64,000 nucleotides of DNA from Azolla caroliniana (taxonomy: Eukaryota > Plantae > Polypodiophyta). A model generated the notes under the pieces. The model had not been told where the DNA came from. It saw only the letters and a list, made by a program, of their open reading frames with translations, and made no database searches. Within the stretch, counting starts at the first letter, position 1; each line of letters begins with the position of its first letter. This document shows positions 50,602 through 62,600 of the stretch, one piece after another. The stretch spans positions 10,974,001 through 11,038,000 of the forward strand of contig JBHGNT010000020.1 in NCBI GenBank assembly GCA_043228905.1, read 5' to 3'. Position numbers and translations under genes: made by a program.

Positions 50602-53166
50602 TCATGATCTAGGGGTAGCGATTTGAACTGGCCACTTCTCATCAAGATGAAGATTCTCAACCCAAGAAGAGATATCAATATCATTGCTCTCTATAAGCAT
50701 ATCATCATGGGCCCCATTTGAAGCTACAGTATCCAATTGTTCTTCTTTAACCAATTTCTGGATCCATGACAAATCCGGTTCTTCCACATCTCCCAAAACA
50801 GGAAATACCGAGTTTCTCAATCTTGAGCAACTCTCTTCATGGACCACCCATTCAGGTTGGTTACAATCAAACTGAACAGAATTGGGTGTAAAACCTCGAG
50901 GACTATGTGCTGAAGGAACTTCATCAAAGCTATGCAAATCAACATTCACATTACCATAGATTGCTGCCATCTGAGCAAGTGATGCAAGCTTGGGAGTTCT
51001 TGGAGACAACAAACGAGGACTATTCAGCTGACCTTCAGGTGCAGATGGCTTCCGAGCTTGCATGTGAGCTTGGACTTGTCTTGCACTTTGTAATTGAGCT
51101 TGATGATGTGCAAGTTTCATAGCCACAAAATGTCTATCCAATGGCGAAACTGATTCTGGCATTGGTGAATGAGGTGATGAGATGCTTTCCATAGCAAAGA
51201 GTTCGTCTAGATTTGTCGGAGCTACACTATGCTCTACATTTCTAAAGCATCTAGATAATGACCCATTCCTAGATTTGTTGGAGTTTGTCGAAGCTATAGC
51301 AATATGCTCCATGTTCCTAAAGCTCTCAGAAAATGACACATTTCGAGAGGCAGCGACAGCAGCATTTACCCGTGCTTGGGCAGAAAGGGACTGCCCTGAA
51401 GTTGAAAAGGACTGAAATTCATTCAACCATCTACTATCAATATCCGGAGAAACAATCAAATCGGTTAGTGACAGTTCATGAGTTTTTGGAGGTGCCCTTA
51501 ACCTACTATTACCACTATTAGCATGTATAGCTCCTCCTGGAAGATGCAATGTAGGAACACTTGGGGACATAGGAGGAGTTGCAAGGTTTCCATGCATTGT
51601 ATTATGGTGAGGAAACGATGGAGAAAATGGCGGGTGCATCGTCATCATTGAAGAAGAAGAACCTCCTCTCGGTGAACTTATAGGTGAAACTTCTGAAAAA
51701 GCATTTGATTTCGGAGATGGTATGGCAGAACCTGTAGAAAGATAAAGAGGCCGGAGCTCCTCTACAACATGTGCGAAAAAGCATACTCTTCTATTGCATT
51801 CTTTTCCATCCTTGCACAACCTAGTGCGATATTGAGCAGGGTGTAACCAGCATTCAAATACACCGTGTGCATATTCACATGAATCACCTTGATGGCATTC
51901 ACCTTTTCGAAAATTGGGGCATGGGACACAGCTATAGTGATGTCTTCTAGGGTCCCTTCGGCGTGCATTTTCACCAGGGTGAGCAAAAGGGCATTCAGTC
52001 CAATCATGTGAGTAAGCCCTCGAACACGGTCTAATCTTGAAAGAATACATGCGGAATTCATCTGTTGTATAGATGTTGCTCTTGATATCGGGAAGAGATG
52101 GATCTATCAGATAGTCCTTAACCTTATCACTTGCATCAGGAAATACTTTGGTCATATAATTCTTCGGGGACTTTGGAGAAGATGAGGGTGAAGACAATGA
52201 AGATGGATATGACCCACTTGATGCAATAGATAGAGTCGAGGAGGACACCGACATATTGAATTCCTCATTCTCTACTGTTGCAATTAGACCAATATCATCA
52301 AAAGAAGAGGGCAAGAAGCAATCCTCTAAAATTGGATCCGAAAAATCCACCGAATCTAATGGCTTCTTCTTATTGACAAGCTCTACTGATACTATCTTTG
52401 CATTACATATCTTATCCTGTTCCAAAACTTCTTCCAATAATGTATTTTCATTAGATCCCTTTCCCTTGTTCAAAATCTCTTCTGACACAATCATTGCATT
52501 ACATATCTTTCCCTTGTGCAAATTTTCCTCCAATATGATCTTTGCATTAAATGACTTTTCCTTGTTCAATAGCTCTTCCCATACTCTCTTTGCATTAGAT
52601 AGTTTTTCTTTGTTCAAAAGTTCTTCTAACGCAATTTTTGCATTACTTGATCTATCTGAAACATTTATAACATCGGCAGCACGCCGTCCATAAGCATCAA
52701 GCGAATTCAAATTCGCACCAGAATCAAGCAAAAAACGCACAGTTTCTTCAGAAAAGATAGAAGCACCAGAGGCTGCACAATGTAAAGCAGTGCTATGATC
52801 ACTGCCACATGCCTTGTTGATATCTCCACCGACTTTAGTGTACATCTCCACTATATATTTCAGAACATCTAAGCTTCCATACATAGCTGCAATCATCAAT
52901 GGAGTTCTTTCTTCAAGGACCATTTTTCTTGTCCCATTTTCCCTCATATACCACATTTCCACAATATCTACCTTCATGGAACCTTCCTCAACATACCGTT
53001 GAAAGGTCTTTAGGTCATTGTTTGAAGCCATTTCTAGAAGATTACAGCTTCCTGTTTCTTCATGCCAAATCTCAGTACCATTACTGTTTAATTGAGGCTT
53101 TTGCTCAATTATGTGGTCAGAATCACTCTCAGAATTAGATGATTTCTCGAGGGTACCACCGCACAT
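50602..53166 (-). CDS. ankyrin-repeat + tandem CCCH zinc finger protein (RR-TZF, ANK subgroup), single coding exon
   Basis: [13 protein letters not shown] and TALHCAASG ankyrin repeats; [36 protein letters not shown]; [20 protein letters not shown]; [16 protein letters not shown]; [14 protein letters not shown]-terminal motif. Confidence 0.96.
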   Translation of the reverse strand: MCGGTLEKSSNSESDSDHIIEQKPQLNSNGTEIWHEETGSCNLLEMASNNDLKTFQRYVEEGSMKVDIVEMWYMRENGTRKMVLEERTPLMIAAMYGSLDVLKYIVEMYTKVGGDINKACGSDHSTALHCAASGASIFSEETVRFLLDSGANLNSLDAYGRRAADVINVSDRSSNAKIALEELLNKEKLSNAKRVWEELLNKEKSFNAKIILEENLHKGKICNAMIVSEEILNKGKGSNENTLLEEVLEQDKICNAKIVSVELVNKKKPLDSVDFSDPILEDCFLPSSFDDIGLIATVENEEFNMSVSSSTLSIASSGSYPSSLSSPSSSPKSPKNYMTKVFPDASDKVKDYLIDPSLPDIKSNIYTTDEFRMYSFKIRPCSRAYSHDWTECPFAHPGENARRRDPRRHHYSCVPCPNFRKGECHQGDSCEYAHGVFECWLHPAQYRTRLCKDGKECNRRVCFFAHVVEELRPLYLSTGSAIPSPKSNAFSEVSPISSPRGGSSSSMMTMHPPFSPSFPHHNTMHGNLATPPMSPSVPTLHLPGGAIHANSGNSRLRAPPKTHELSLTDLIVSPDIDSRWLNEFQSFSTSGQSLSAQARVNAAVAASRNVSFSESFRNMEHIAIASTNSNKSRNGSLSRCFRNVEHSVAPTNLDELFAMESISSPHSPMPESVSPLDRHFVAMKLAHHQAQLQSARQVQAHMQARKPSAPEGQLNSPRLLSPRTPKLASLAQMAAIYGNVNVDLHSFDEVPSAHSPRGFTPNSVQFDCNQPEWVVHEESCSRLRNSVFPVLGDVEEPDLSWIQKLVKEEQLDTVASNGAHDDMLIESNDIDISSWVENLHLDEKWPVQIATPRS

Positions 53167-53184
53167 CTTACGGGTCAGATTTAG

Positions 53185-54180
53185 CTGGGAAAAAATTTAC
53201 AAATCAGATATTAGTTAAATTAGGATGTCATTAGGGTATCAAAGCTCTCTAGCTTTAGCATAGAGAACACGAATGAATAAAATAAACCTTATGTTTACAG
53301 AAGGATTCGATCACAGTATCAAAAATTTAGCTTTTTGGGCAGAAAAAAAGCTAGAAATTTTTTCAGATGGCAAAAGAAAGATTCCGTTGAAGAACTTTTA
53401 GAGAAAGACCTTCAGATGGTAAAGTATGAGAACTTTATTCTTTTTAGCAGAAAAACAAGCACCTTGAAAAGAATGTCATTAAAGCAAATACCAGAGCTTT
53501 AGCTATTTTAACAGAAGAAAAGCAAGAACACGTGCAAAAAATCATATCTTAAACAAAGAAGGAATCCATTTTCAGAGGAGAAAAAGAACATGAACGGGAA
53601 AAAATCGCAGTGCCTCAGAGCTCTAGAGAAGAAATATGCGGCAATATTTTCAGAGGAGAGGGAAAAACAGAACACAGTTCTTCAGTACAAATTAATGAAT
53701 AAAATAAGTGATTGAACAGTTGCAAATGGTTTAATCTGCAGAAATAAAAAACAGACTTTGTGGAATTCTATGAAATTTCCAAATCTTTATAAATAAGAAC
53801 CCTAAAAAACCCAGAAAAATGACAGGGCTTCAGAGTAGTTCCATTTCAAGGGTTTCCTCTCAAATTTACGATTTCTATGATATTTGAAGAATTCATTTCT
53901 GGGTTTTAGGGTTTACAGATTGTTTTCGGGGTTCATCTCTTCATTTCATGATCTCCTCCAGGGTTGGGGTTTCTCTCATAGTTCAAGGGTTTCTCAAATG
54001 AGTTTAGGGTTTCCAAAAGTTTGAAAGCTTCAGGCTTCTCTCTTAATTTTGGAGTTTCTTCAGGATTCAAGGCTTTCTCCTTTGGTTTAAAGGTTGGGGG
54101 AGGGTTGAGGTTTTCTTTCTTCAGTGCTTGCGGGATTTCTGAAGGGTTCAGGGCAAAGTACCTTCATTCATGGCAGGCCT

Positions 54181-54248
<68 letters not shown>

Positions 54249-54288
54249 ACCCTCTCTCTTCTCTCTATCTAGGGTTACTCTAGGCTTA
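53185..54288 (-). other. probable 5'-UTR intron of the TZF gene
   Basis: on minus strand: AAACCAG|GTAAGC donor near 54288 and T-rich TTTTCCCAG acceptor 18 nt before the ATG. Confidence 0.55.
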
Positions 54289-54412
54289 CCTGGTTTTCTT
54301 CTTTCTTCTGTGTTGATTCTTCTTTAATTCTTTCTTTCTATCTCTGTGTTGAATGATTCTTGCCTTCTCCTCCTCCTCCTCTACAGTCTGATATGCTCTG
54401 CAACCATTTGGG

Positions 54413-54443
<31 letters not shown>

Positions 54444-54774
54444 ACTTTGCTCTGTTTTAGTTTTTTTTTTTTGTTCTGTTCAGAATCAGAATCAGACGAA
54501 GGAGAAGAAGAAGAAGAAGAAGAGTTAAAATTTATTTTTCCTTCTCTGTTTTTTGTTGTTGTTGTTGTATGTATTTTCTTTTCAACGTCTTCTTCTTCTT
54601 CTTCTTCCAAATGCAAAATAGAAACAAAAAACAAAAAAGAGAGGAAGAAAAACAGAAACAAGTTCTGAAAAGTAACCAAATGCAAATGAAATTTCAAATG
54701 AAACATCAAATGAAATGAAACCTCCCAACTCCTCTCTCTCTCTCTCTCTCTCCTAATGGAAGTGGAGTGGCCAC

Positions 54775-54928
54775 ACACATACATATACTAATAATACATA
54801 TACATATATGTATGTATGTATGTATGTATGTGTATATATGTATATGCATGTATGTATGTATGTATGTGTATAGATGTACATATATGTATATGTATATGTA
54901 TGTATGTATGTATATGTATATGCATATG

Positions 54929-54960
<32 letters not shown>

Positions 54961-55120
54961 TGTATGTATATGGATATGTATATGATTATGATTATGATTA
55001 TGATTATGATCATATGCACTTGTGACTTACTTGTTATGTATGTATGTATGTATGTATGTATGTATGTATGTATGTATGTATGTATGTATGTATGTATATA
55101 TGTATGTGTATAGATGTACA

Positions 55121-55176
<56 letters not shown>

Positions 55177-55268
55177 TATGGATATGTATATGATTATGAT
55201 TATGATTATGATTATGATCATATGCACTTGTGACTTACTTGTTATGTATGTATGTGTATAGATGTACA

Positions 55269-55301
<33 letters not shown>

Positions 55302-55376
55302 GTATGTATGTATATGGATATGTATATGATTATGATTATGATTATGATCATATGCACTTGTGACTTACTTGTTATG
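54775..55376. repeat. compound (TATG)n/(TATGTA)n/(ATTATG)n microsatellite with higher-order triplication
   Basis: block TAGATGTACA...GATCATATGCACTTGTGACTTACTTGTTATG occurs three times. Confidence 0.95.
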
Positions 55377-55525
55377 CATGTCTGTGTATACTCTTAACAC
55401 GCGTGCGAATGCGTTTATATGTATATGCATGTTACTTGTATGCCTACTTTTCTGTAAGTACATAACTTCAACCTCTATTCGTCTTCTGCTCCTACTGTTG
55501 AGTGTTGTGTGTGAACAAGTGAGAA

Positions 55526-55566
<41 letters not shown>

Positions 55567-57408
55567 ACTATATGTTTGTCCGCACGTATGTATGTTACGA
55601 TTACTTGTGTATGCATGTGTGTACTTTGACTTGTTGTCTACATGCTCTTGCAACAAGGTGCACTTGAGTCATCCCTTATTCTCTCGCTATAGGGCACACA
55701 CGCTATATTTTCGTCCCATAGGTCATATTTGACCTTTAAATACGATAAAATCCATGTGTGCGCGCGTATGTGTTCGTAGTTGTCGAAGGTACAATGTTCA
55801 CTACACTTGCATGGTAGCTTGACTATTTTCGCTCCAAAAACTAGAGATCGAAACAACAATTTTGAGTACTTGTGTAGTTAAATCGGACACGTGAGGTTCA
55901 AAAATATGAGTAAGAATCTAAGAGTAGAAACCGAGATATTGACAAATTTATGCTAAATATTATTCTTCGAAATTTGAGACAATGTTAAGCAAGGCTCAAA
56001 GGGCATTGAAGGTGGTTGATGACGTGCTTGAAAATTCTAATTGAAGTTCACATTCCTTATCCATTGAATTAATTATAACCATCTTTATGTCTTTACAAGA
56101 ATCAATGATAAAACTTCAAAATGCAATGCATGTTGTTAATGAGAGGGACATATGGTGGATTTGCATGCAATGGAGTTTAAATATTTGAAAGAGCTACTTG
56201 CTATGAGATGCTTGGATATCTAATCTAGAGATAAAAAAGAGAATCTTAGAAGCCAAGCAAGAATCATTCATCAAATCAAATGTTGAAATGAAATCTAACC
56301 TTGAGACAAAAGAAGATTCAATCATGGTAAAATGGAAAGATGTTCTCATTAAGAAGACACCAACAAAAAATTTCAATGAAGTTAATGCACCTGAATTCAC
56401 TCCAAATATCGGTTTACATTCCATAAAGCTATATAAAAGACAAAAAAGGAAGTAAAATGTTGATATTAGAGGGATGGAATAAACCTAATCAAAGAATGCA
56501 CTCTCCCTTACAAGATATACAAGGATGGATCGCAGAATTCTTCGAAGATCACTCTATCGCACATGATGTTATGGTATATGGAGCATATAGAGTTGGTCAA
56601 AAGAGGCTTGAAGGAAGATCGTGTTAAGCCATTGTTTGCATAATCTCGGATGGTATAAAAGAGTTATCCTTTTGAACAATAGTAAGGTGTACCTAGAAGG
56701 TAGAAATTTCTTTTTAACCAGAGCAACAACAAAGAAAGAAGCCTATGCAGCTAGAAAGGAACTTGATGTCACAACCCTTACATCAAATTGATGTAAAGAG
56801 TTAGAGATGATGAATTATTGTAAGGTTGAAATAGGGTGTATTTGTGGGTTGCCACATGTAATTGGACACATTCTAGCATTGTTTCCTTGTATTGGGGCCA
56901 ATATTAGGGGTTAATATTTTTCAATTTTGACATTTCAGCATCTTGCCACTTCATCCTTAATGCCTCTCATAATCTATCCTCAATGATCATATACTTCATA
57001 TCATTACCTAAGAGCTCTAATAGATCTTTTATATCCCATCTCTTAAACCATTTCATAATGTTGAAACACCCAACTACATGAGAGGCTTTTTCTCGTATTA
57101 GTTTTTTGTACCTTGCATCCTATGTTCCAACATTGTTTGGGCAATCTATGATCATGCACATTCTTGACATTTTTTATATACTTGTATACTCTTTGCATTC
57201 TAGAACCTCTACGGGTCAAGCACTTATTCTAATAGCATGATAGGATACTTGAAGAAGATGAAAGTATTAATGGGACCATGTGAGTAGCTTCATTCAATGA
57301 CACTCTAGGGGAAATGGAGAATGTTGTTGAATGGGATTCCAAGAGTTGGGAGGATTCCGAACAATTCCGTTGTGATGTATAGTACAATTGTTGAATGTAG
57401 GCAAAGTG

Positions 57409-57552
57409 TTAGGGAAATCTTCCAAGGAACCGAAAGATTTGTTTGATAGTATGGATGACTGGCTAAGAAGAGATCGATTTGTTTTTGTAGGTTGGTTTGG
57501 CCTTTTACTTTTTCCCACTGCATATTTCTTTTTGAGTGGTTGGTTTACAGGA
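57409..57552 (+). pseudogene. psbD: nuclear fragment of plastid psbD (photosystem II D2 N-terminus)
   Basis: [48 protein letters not shown]; no start codon, truncated after WFTG. Confidence 0.9.
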
Positions 57553-57589
57553 AAAGCTGGTAGAGAAACAAAAACTTTTGGGGCAGAGG

Positions 57590-57866
57590 AGATACAAGTT
57601 AATACTAAATCTAAAATTGTTGATAAAAAAGGTGATGCAAGTGGCTGCTCCATTGCCAAAAGATAGTTGACAAAGGATGAAACAAAGTAGTGGTAGATCC
57701 TAGTTTGAGTGACATCTGAGGTATTGATCATACATTCACTGAAGAAATACAAGGGAAACTCTAAGTTGGTGGGGGTGAGTTCCTTTTACCCAAAGAGGAG
57801 TTGAAGTTCAATGTAATGTTAGAGAGACATAAGAGAGATTTTGCTTTTTGTCACAAGAGATAGGAT
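57590..57866 (+). pseudogene. degenerate Ty3/gypsy pol fragment (pre-RT region)
   Basis: VNTK..VDKK..VAAPLP..DPSL..IDHTFTEE..VGGGEFLLPKEE..ML.RH..FAF, with stops. Confidence 0.55.
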
Positions 57867-58214
57867 ATACATATATATCCTACAATAGTTGAGCCAATGG
57901 ACATGTATCGTGGGATCTAAAGCCAATTCCGATGTTGAGAGCCCATATATAGGAATCGGCAATGGTTCAGTTTTGGCTTAACTAGTTTGGCCTTGTCCAA
58001 ACCAAACCGGTTTAGGAGTTTCCAAACTTCAACCTGTTGAGAATCAAACTCATCTTCCCTAATGAAGTGCTTTCACACTAGCAATGGACACACTAGGCCG
58101 GTTTTATAAATAATAGAAAGGGTAGTTGCCCTAGATTAGTTAGTATTTAAACCAACCTTTTGTAACTTAGTTACTGTTGGATGTAATCATATTTTTTCAC
58201 TAATATAGCTTCTT

Positions 58215-58265
<51 letters not shown>

Positions 58266-58743
58266 ATGTTGACCTCTGAAGACGATAATATAATCTATCT
58301 ATCTATCTCTCTCCTATAGCTCGTTGGAAAGCTCTTTCAAAGAGCTTTCTAAGGAATGTTCATTTATTGAATTCCGTTACCGTGGTGAGACGTTATGAGC
58401 ATTTTCATCCGCAACCATCTTTGCCCCACGGTTCCTTAAACGCAAGGTAGATTTTGATGCCCTAAATCGAGTCCCTCCCCCTTTCGAAACAAATGAGCGC
58501 CTTAACAAGATTGAGTTAAAGGAAGCATTAAAAGAAGAATGTACACGATGAGCGCCTTAACAAGATTAAGTGGACACGATGAGGCGGGATGTAAGTGAGA
58601 TGAAAAATGTATGTACAACAAAGTCATGGGCCAATGTATGTGATGGGGATGTGGGATCAAACTCATCTAATATGCATATGATGCATGAAGAGAAGAATAT
58701 AGAAAGCATAGATGTCTGAGAATTGAAAGAACGTGAACGACGA

Positions 58744-59619
58744 TGTCATGAAGATTTTCACACTATTGTCGAAAATCTTCATGACATCCACCCCCACCAA
58801 ACCGCACGTCCTCCGTTACGTGCCAAGAAGTGAGTGTGAGATTTCAGCTACAGTAATTAATCAGTTTCCTCCACGTCCTCATTGACCTCGCTCACGTTTG
58901 TGGGTCACGCCGTACTATCTTCATTGTCGAGGTCATCGAGGTTAGGACCCTCATCTTGTCTTTTCTTGAATATCTTCACTCTTTTCCCCGCAATGGGTAT
59001 TACAAGCCTTGATCCGTCTAGCTCCGCGAGGTGGTAGGTGGCGTTGTCGTTGGCACTCATCACCACATATGGTCCGAACCACCTTCTTGCGAACTTCCTT
59101 GTCGTCCTGTGTTGGTTGTCAAAGCTATTGTCGTAGACCAATACCCAATCTCCTTCTTCGATCTTCTTTGGACGTAGTCGGTGTGTCTTATCGAACCAAA
59201 TCTTATTCTTCACTCAGGCTTTCTCCATTATCTTTCGCGTGTTCTCTAGATCTTCAGGTCTTCTTTCAAGCTGCCTTATCCGTGCCTCCAATAATTCTTC
59301 CTGGCTCATCTCGTTCTCCCATGGTATTGCTACCCATGAGGCAATTGTCCTCTCGATGGGCATTACTGGTTTCTGTCCATACATGAGCTCTGTTGGCATA
59401 TAGTTTGTCACAAAACTGTGCGTAGTTCTATCGGCCCACAATGCATAGGGTAATAATCGTGGCCAATTCCCAGCTCGACCATCGCATGCTCGTACGATGG
59501 CTTTGACTATCGGCCCATACCCTCGCTCGATCTTCCCATTTGCTTATGGATTATAGGCAGTTGTGAAGGAGAGCTTTACGCCTTGTCGCTCGAACAACTC
59601 CATTGCTTCGTGTGCATAT
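58744..59619 (-). mobile_element. 3' end of Ty3/gypsy element H (integrase C-terminus, PPT, 43-bp collapsed LTR), interrupted by copia G
   Basis: TAYNP.ANG..ALWADRTT..GDWVLVY..RRWFGPYVV integrase/GPY; PPT region shared with element E; TG..CA mini-LTR 58744-58786. Confidence 0.85.
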
Positions 59620-62600
59620 TGTTGAGAAGCAAGCTCAACATGGTATGCGATGCTTATTGGGAAATAAGCTATAGTAGCTATTTAGCTACTAGTGAACAAA
59701 AAGGTAAAACAACTATTTAGCTAGTGACAGCTAATTAGCTAGTGAACAGCTATTTAGCGACTGACAGCTAATTAGCTACTGGCAGCTAATTAGCTGCATG
59801 TGTAATAACTTATGACTTAGGTAAAAGTAAGTGAGAGTGAATAGGTAGTAAGTAGTAAGAAAAAAACAGAGAATAGTGAGTAGAGAACTCTGAGAGAGAG
59901 TGAGAGACCAGAAGACTGACGAGAGCAAGTTGAGCTCTACATGTAATAGAAGAAAACCATTTTGCTACTACAGAGGTAAGTCCCCTTTCCTTTCTCTGTC
60001 TGTTTAGAGCACGCTAACGATCCAGCACACTACGATCCGCCGCGCACATAAGAAGAGCCCGAGTGCCTTCTTCACGTTTTCTTAACATGGTATCAGAGCA
60101 GAGTTGCTCATAAAGAAGAGTATAAAAGTGCATAGATCTGAGAAAGGTATTTCTCTGTTTGCTGATCTGAATCAGAAAGTTACTTGTTGAAGTAATTGTA
60201 ACAGAAAACCTAGTTTGGAAGAGATAATGGCTGCAGAGAATGCGGGCCAAATAGTTACAGAGAAACTAGATAAAAACAATTTCCCGGCGTGGAAATTTAG
60301 AATGACAAATTTCCTAATGGGGAAAGGATACTGGGATTACATTGAAGGAGACCTAGAAGAGGCTCCGGAGATCCCAGAAGAAAATGCCACAGCAGCACAA
60401 ATTAAAGCATTCAAAGATTGGAATCAAGGGGCAAGGAAGGTAATGCATTGGCTCTCACTTAGCATCTCAGATTCGATGCTTGGGCACATACAGGATGCTA
60501 TGCTCCCAAAAGAAGCTTGGGACAGTTTGGTAAAACTGTTTGCAGTAAACACAAAAGCTAGAAAGCTACAGTTGAAGACTGAGCTAAATACCTTAGAAAA
60601 AGGTACGATGTCAATAAATGAGTATGCCCTAAAAATCAAGAGTATATGTGAATCACTTGCTTCTATCAATGTGAAGATAGAAGATGATGACAAAGTGGAA
60701 ATATGCTTAAGAGGCTTAGGACCTCAATACAAGAGTTTTAAAACTTCTATGCTCACAAGGGATAGTATCCCAAGTTTTTCAGATCTGGTCTCAATGCTTG
60801 TGGTAGAGGAAAGGAATCAGATGGATGATGCAAATAAAGGAAACTCAGAGAACGAGGGGCAAGCCCTCTATAATAATGCCGGAAGAGGCCGAGGAAGAGG
60901 CCATGGAAGATTTGGCTCAGGAAGAACCAATAATAATGGCTTTCAAGGAAGAGGACAACAAGCTCATAGAGGAGGAAACAACAACAGAGGCAGGGGGAGC
61001 AACCGAGGTAGAGGTAAGCAAACTTATGTAAATGATGATGGCTGCTGGTATTGTGGTAAACCAGGCCATACACAGGCTGAATGTTACAAGAAACAAAATG
61101 ATGAGAAAAGAGGAAAAGGACAACATAGTAACTATGCCTCTACTAGTGAAGATTGTGAAAAGGAAGGTGTTTTTGTAGTGCAACATGAGATAGCAGCAGT
61201 GGCTGAAAGCTCACAGAAATGTAATGAAGAGTTTACGTGGTATGTAGACTCGGGGGCATCTAACCATATGACTGGACATGCAAATTGGTTTGAGAGTTTA
61301 AGAGAACCAGAGGTTCCTGGTTATGTACAAACAGGTGATGACACAACTCACCAAATAAAACATGTTGGAGATATCCCACTGTGGGAAGAAAGAGGAAAAA
61401 CCAAGTATATGTTGGATGTGATGCATGTTCCAAATCTTGCTAAGAATCTGATCTCTGTTGGACAGATAGTAGAGCAAGGTATGCAAGTAAAGTTTAAGCC
61501 AAGTGGATGCTATATAGAAAAGAATGGGAAGCTCATTGCAAAAGGGAAGAGACAAGGAAGAATGTTTATCTTGGATGTAGAAATGCCCAAACAGATTTCA
61601 GCCATGTTTGCAAATGGAACGAGTGTAATCTCAGATGTGGAAATGTGGCATAAAAGGATTGGCCATATAAGTATGCAAACATTAAAGAATATGTTGAGAA
61701 AAGATGCAGTGGCTGGACTGCCAAACTTGAAAAAGTGTGAAATGGGAAAAGTATGTGAAGCATGTCAATATGGTAAGCAAAACAGGTTGCCATTCCCTCA
61801 TGAGAGACATGTAAGCAAAAATCTGTTGGATTTGGTACATACAGATGTATGGGGACCAACAAAGAATGCATCTATTGGTGGATGCAGATTTTATGTTACA
61901 TTTATTGATGATTGTTCACGGAAGACATGGGTGTACTTCATGAAGGAGAAAAGTGAAGTATTTGACTGTTTTCGTAAGTTTAAATGCATGGTAGAAAAGC
62001 AGGCTGGTACTAGGATAAAATGTTTGAGATCTGATGGAGGAGGAGAGTATTTCTCCAATGAATTTTCTGATTTTTTGTGTAATCAGGGAATAAGAAGACA
62101 GTTCACATGCCGATATACTCCACAGCAAAATGGAGTTGCTGAGAGGAAAAACAGAACTTTGGTGAACATAGCAAGGGCAATGATGACTGAGAAGAACATG
62201 CCATTATACTATTGGGCAGAAGCTGTAAATACAGCAAATTACATTTTAAATAGATGTATTACATCATGAGTACATGAGGCAACTCCTGAAGAGTGTTTTT
62301 ATGGCAGGAAGCCTAGCTTACAACACTTGAAAGTGTTTGGATGCCTTGCATATGTACATGTGCCTGCAGAAGTAAGAAGTAAGTTGGATCCAAAGGCAGA
62401 AAAATGTATCTTTGTTGGATATTCAGAAGAACAAAAAGGGTACAGATGTTATAACCCTGTGACTAAAAAGATTGTGACAAGTCGAGATGTGATATTTGAT
62501 GAGTTGGCTAGTTGGTATAGCCCAAAACAGAATCTAGAGACTGATGAAGACTGTCAAAATGAAGACAAAGACAGATCAGAAAATGTAGAAGACTGTCACA

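Noticed and set aside
54753-55269. HTYI/YVCM repeat ORFs
   Set aside because: translation of a (TATG)n microsatellite
57388-57666. functional nuclear psbD
   Set aside because: only an N-terminal fragment, no ATG or transit peptide, substitutions at conserved residues
58035-58740. possible further LTR fragment(s)
   Set aside because: TGTTGAG start and (CT)n tract seen, but no matching end or TSD
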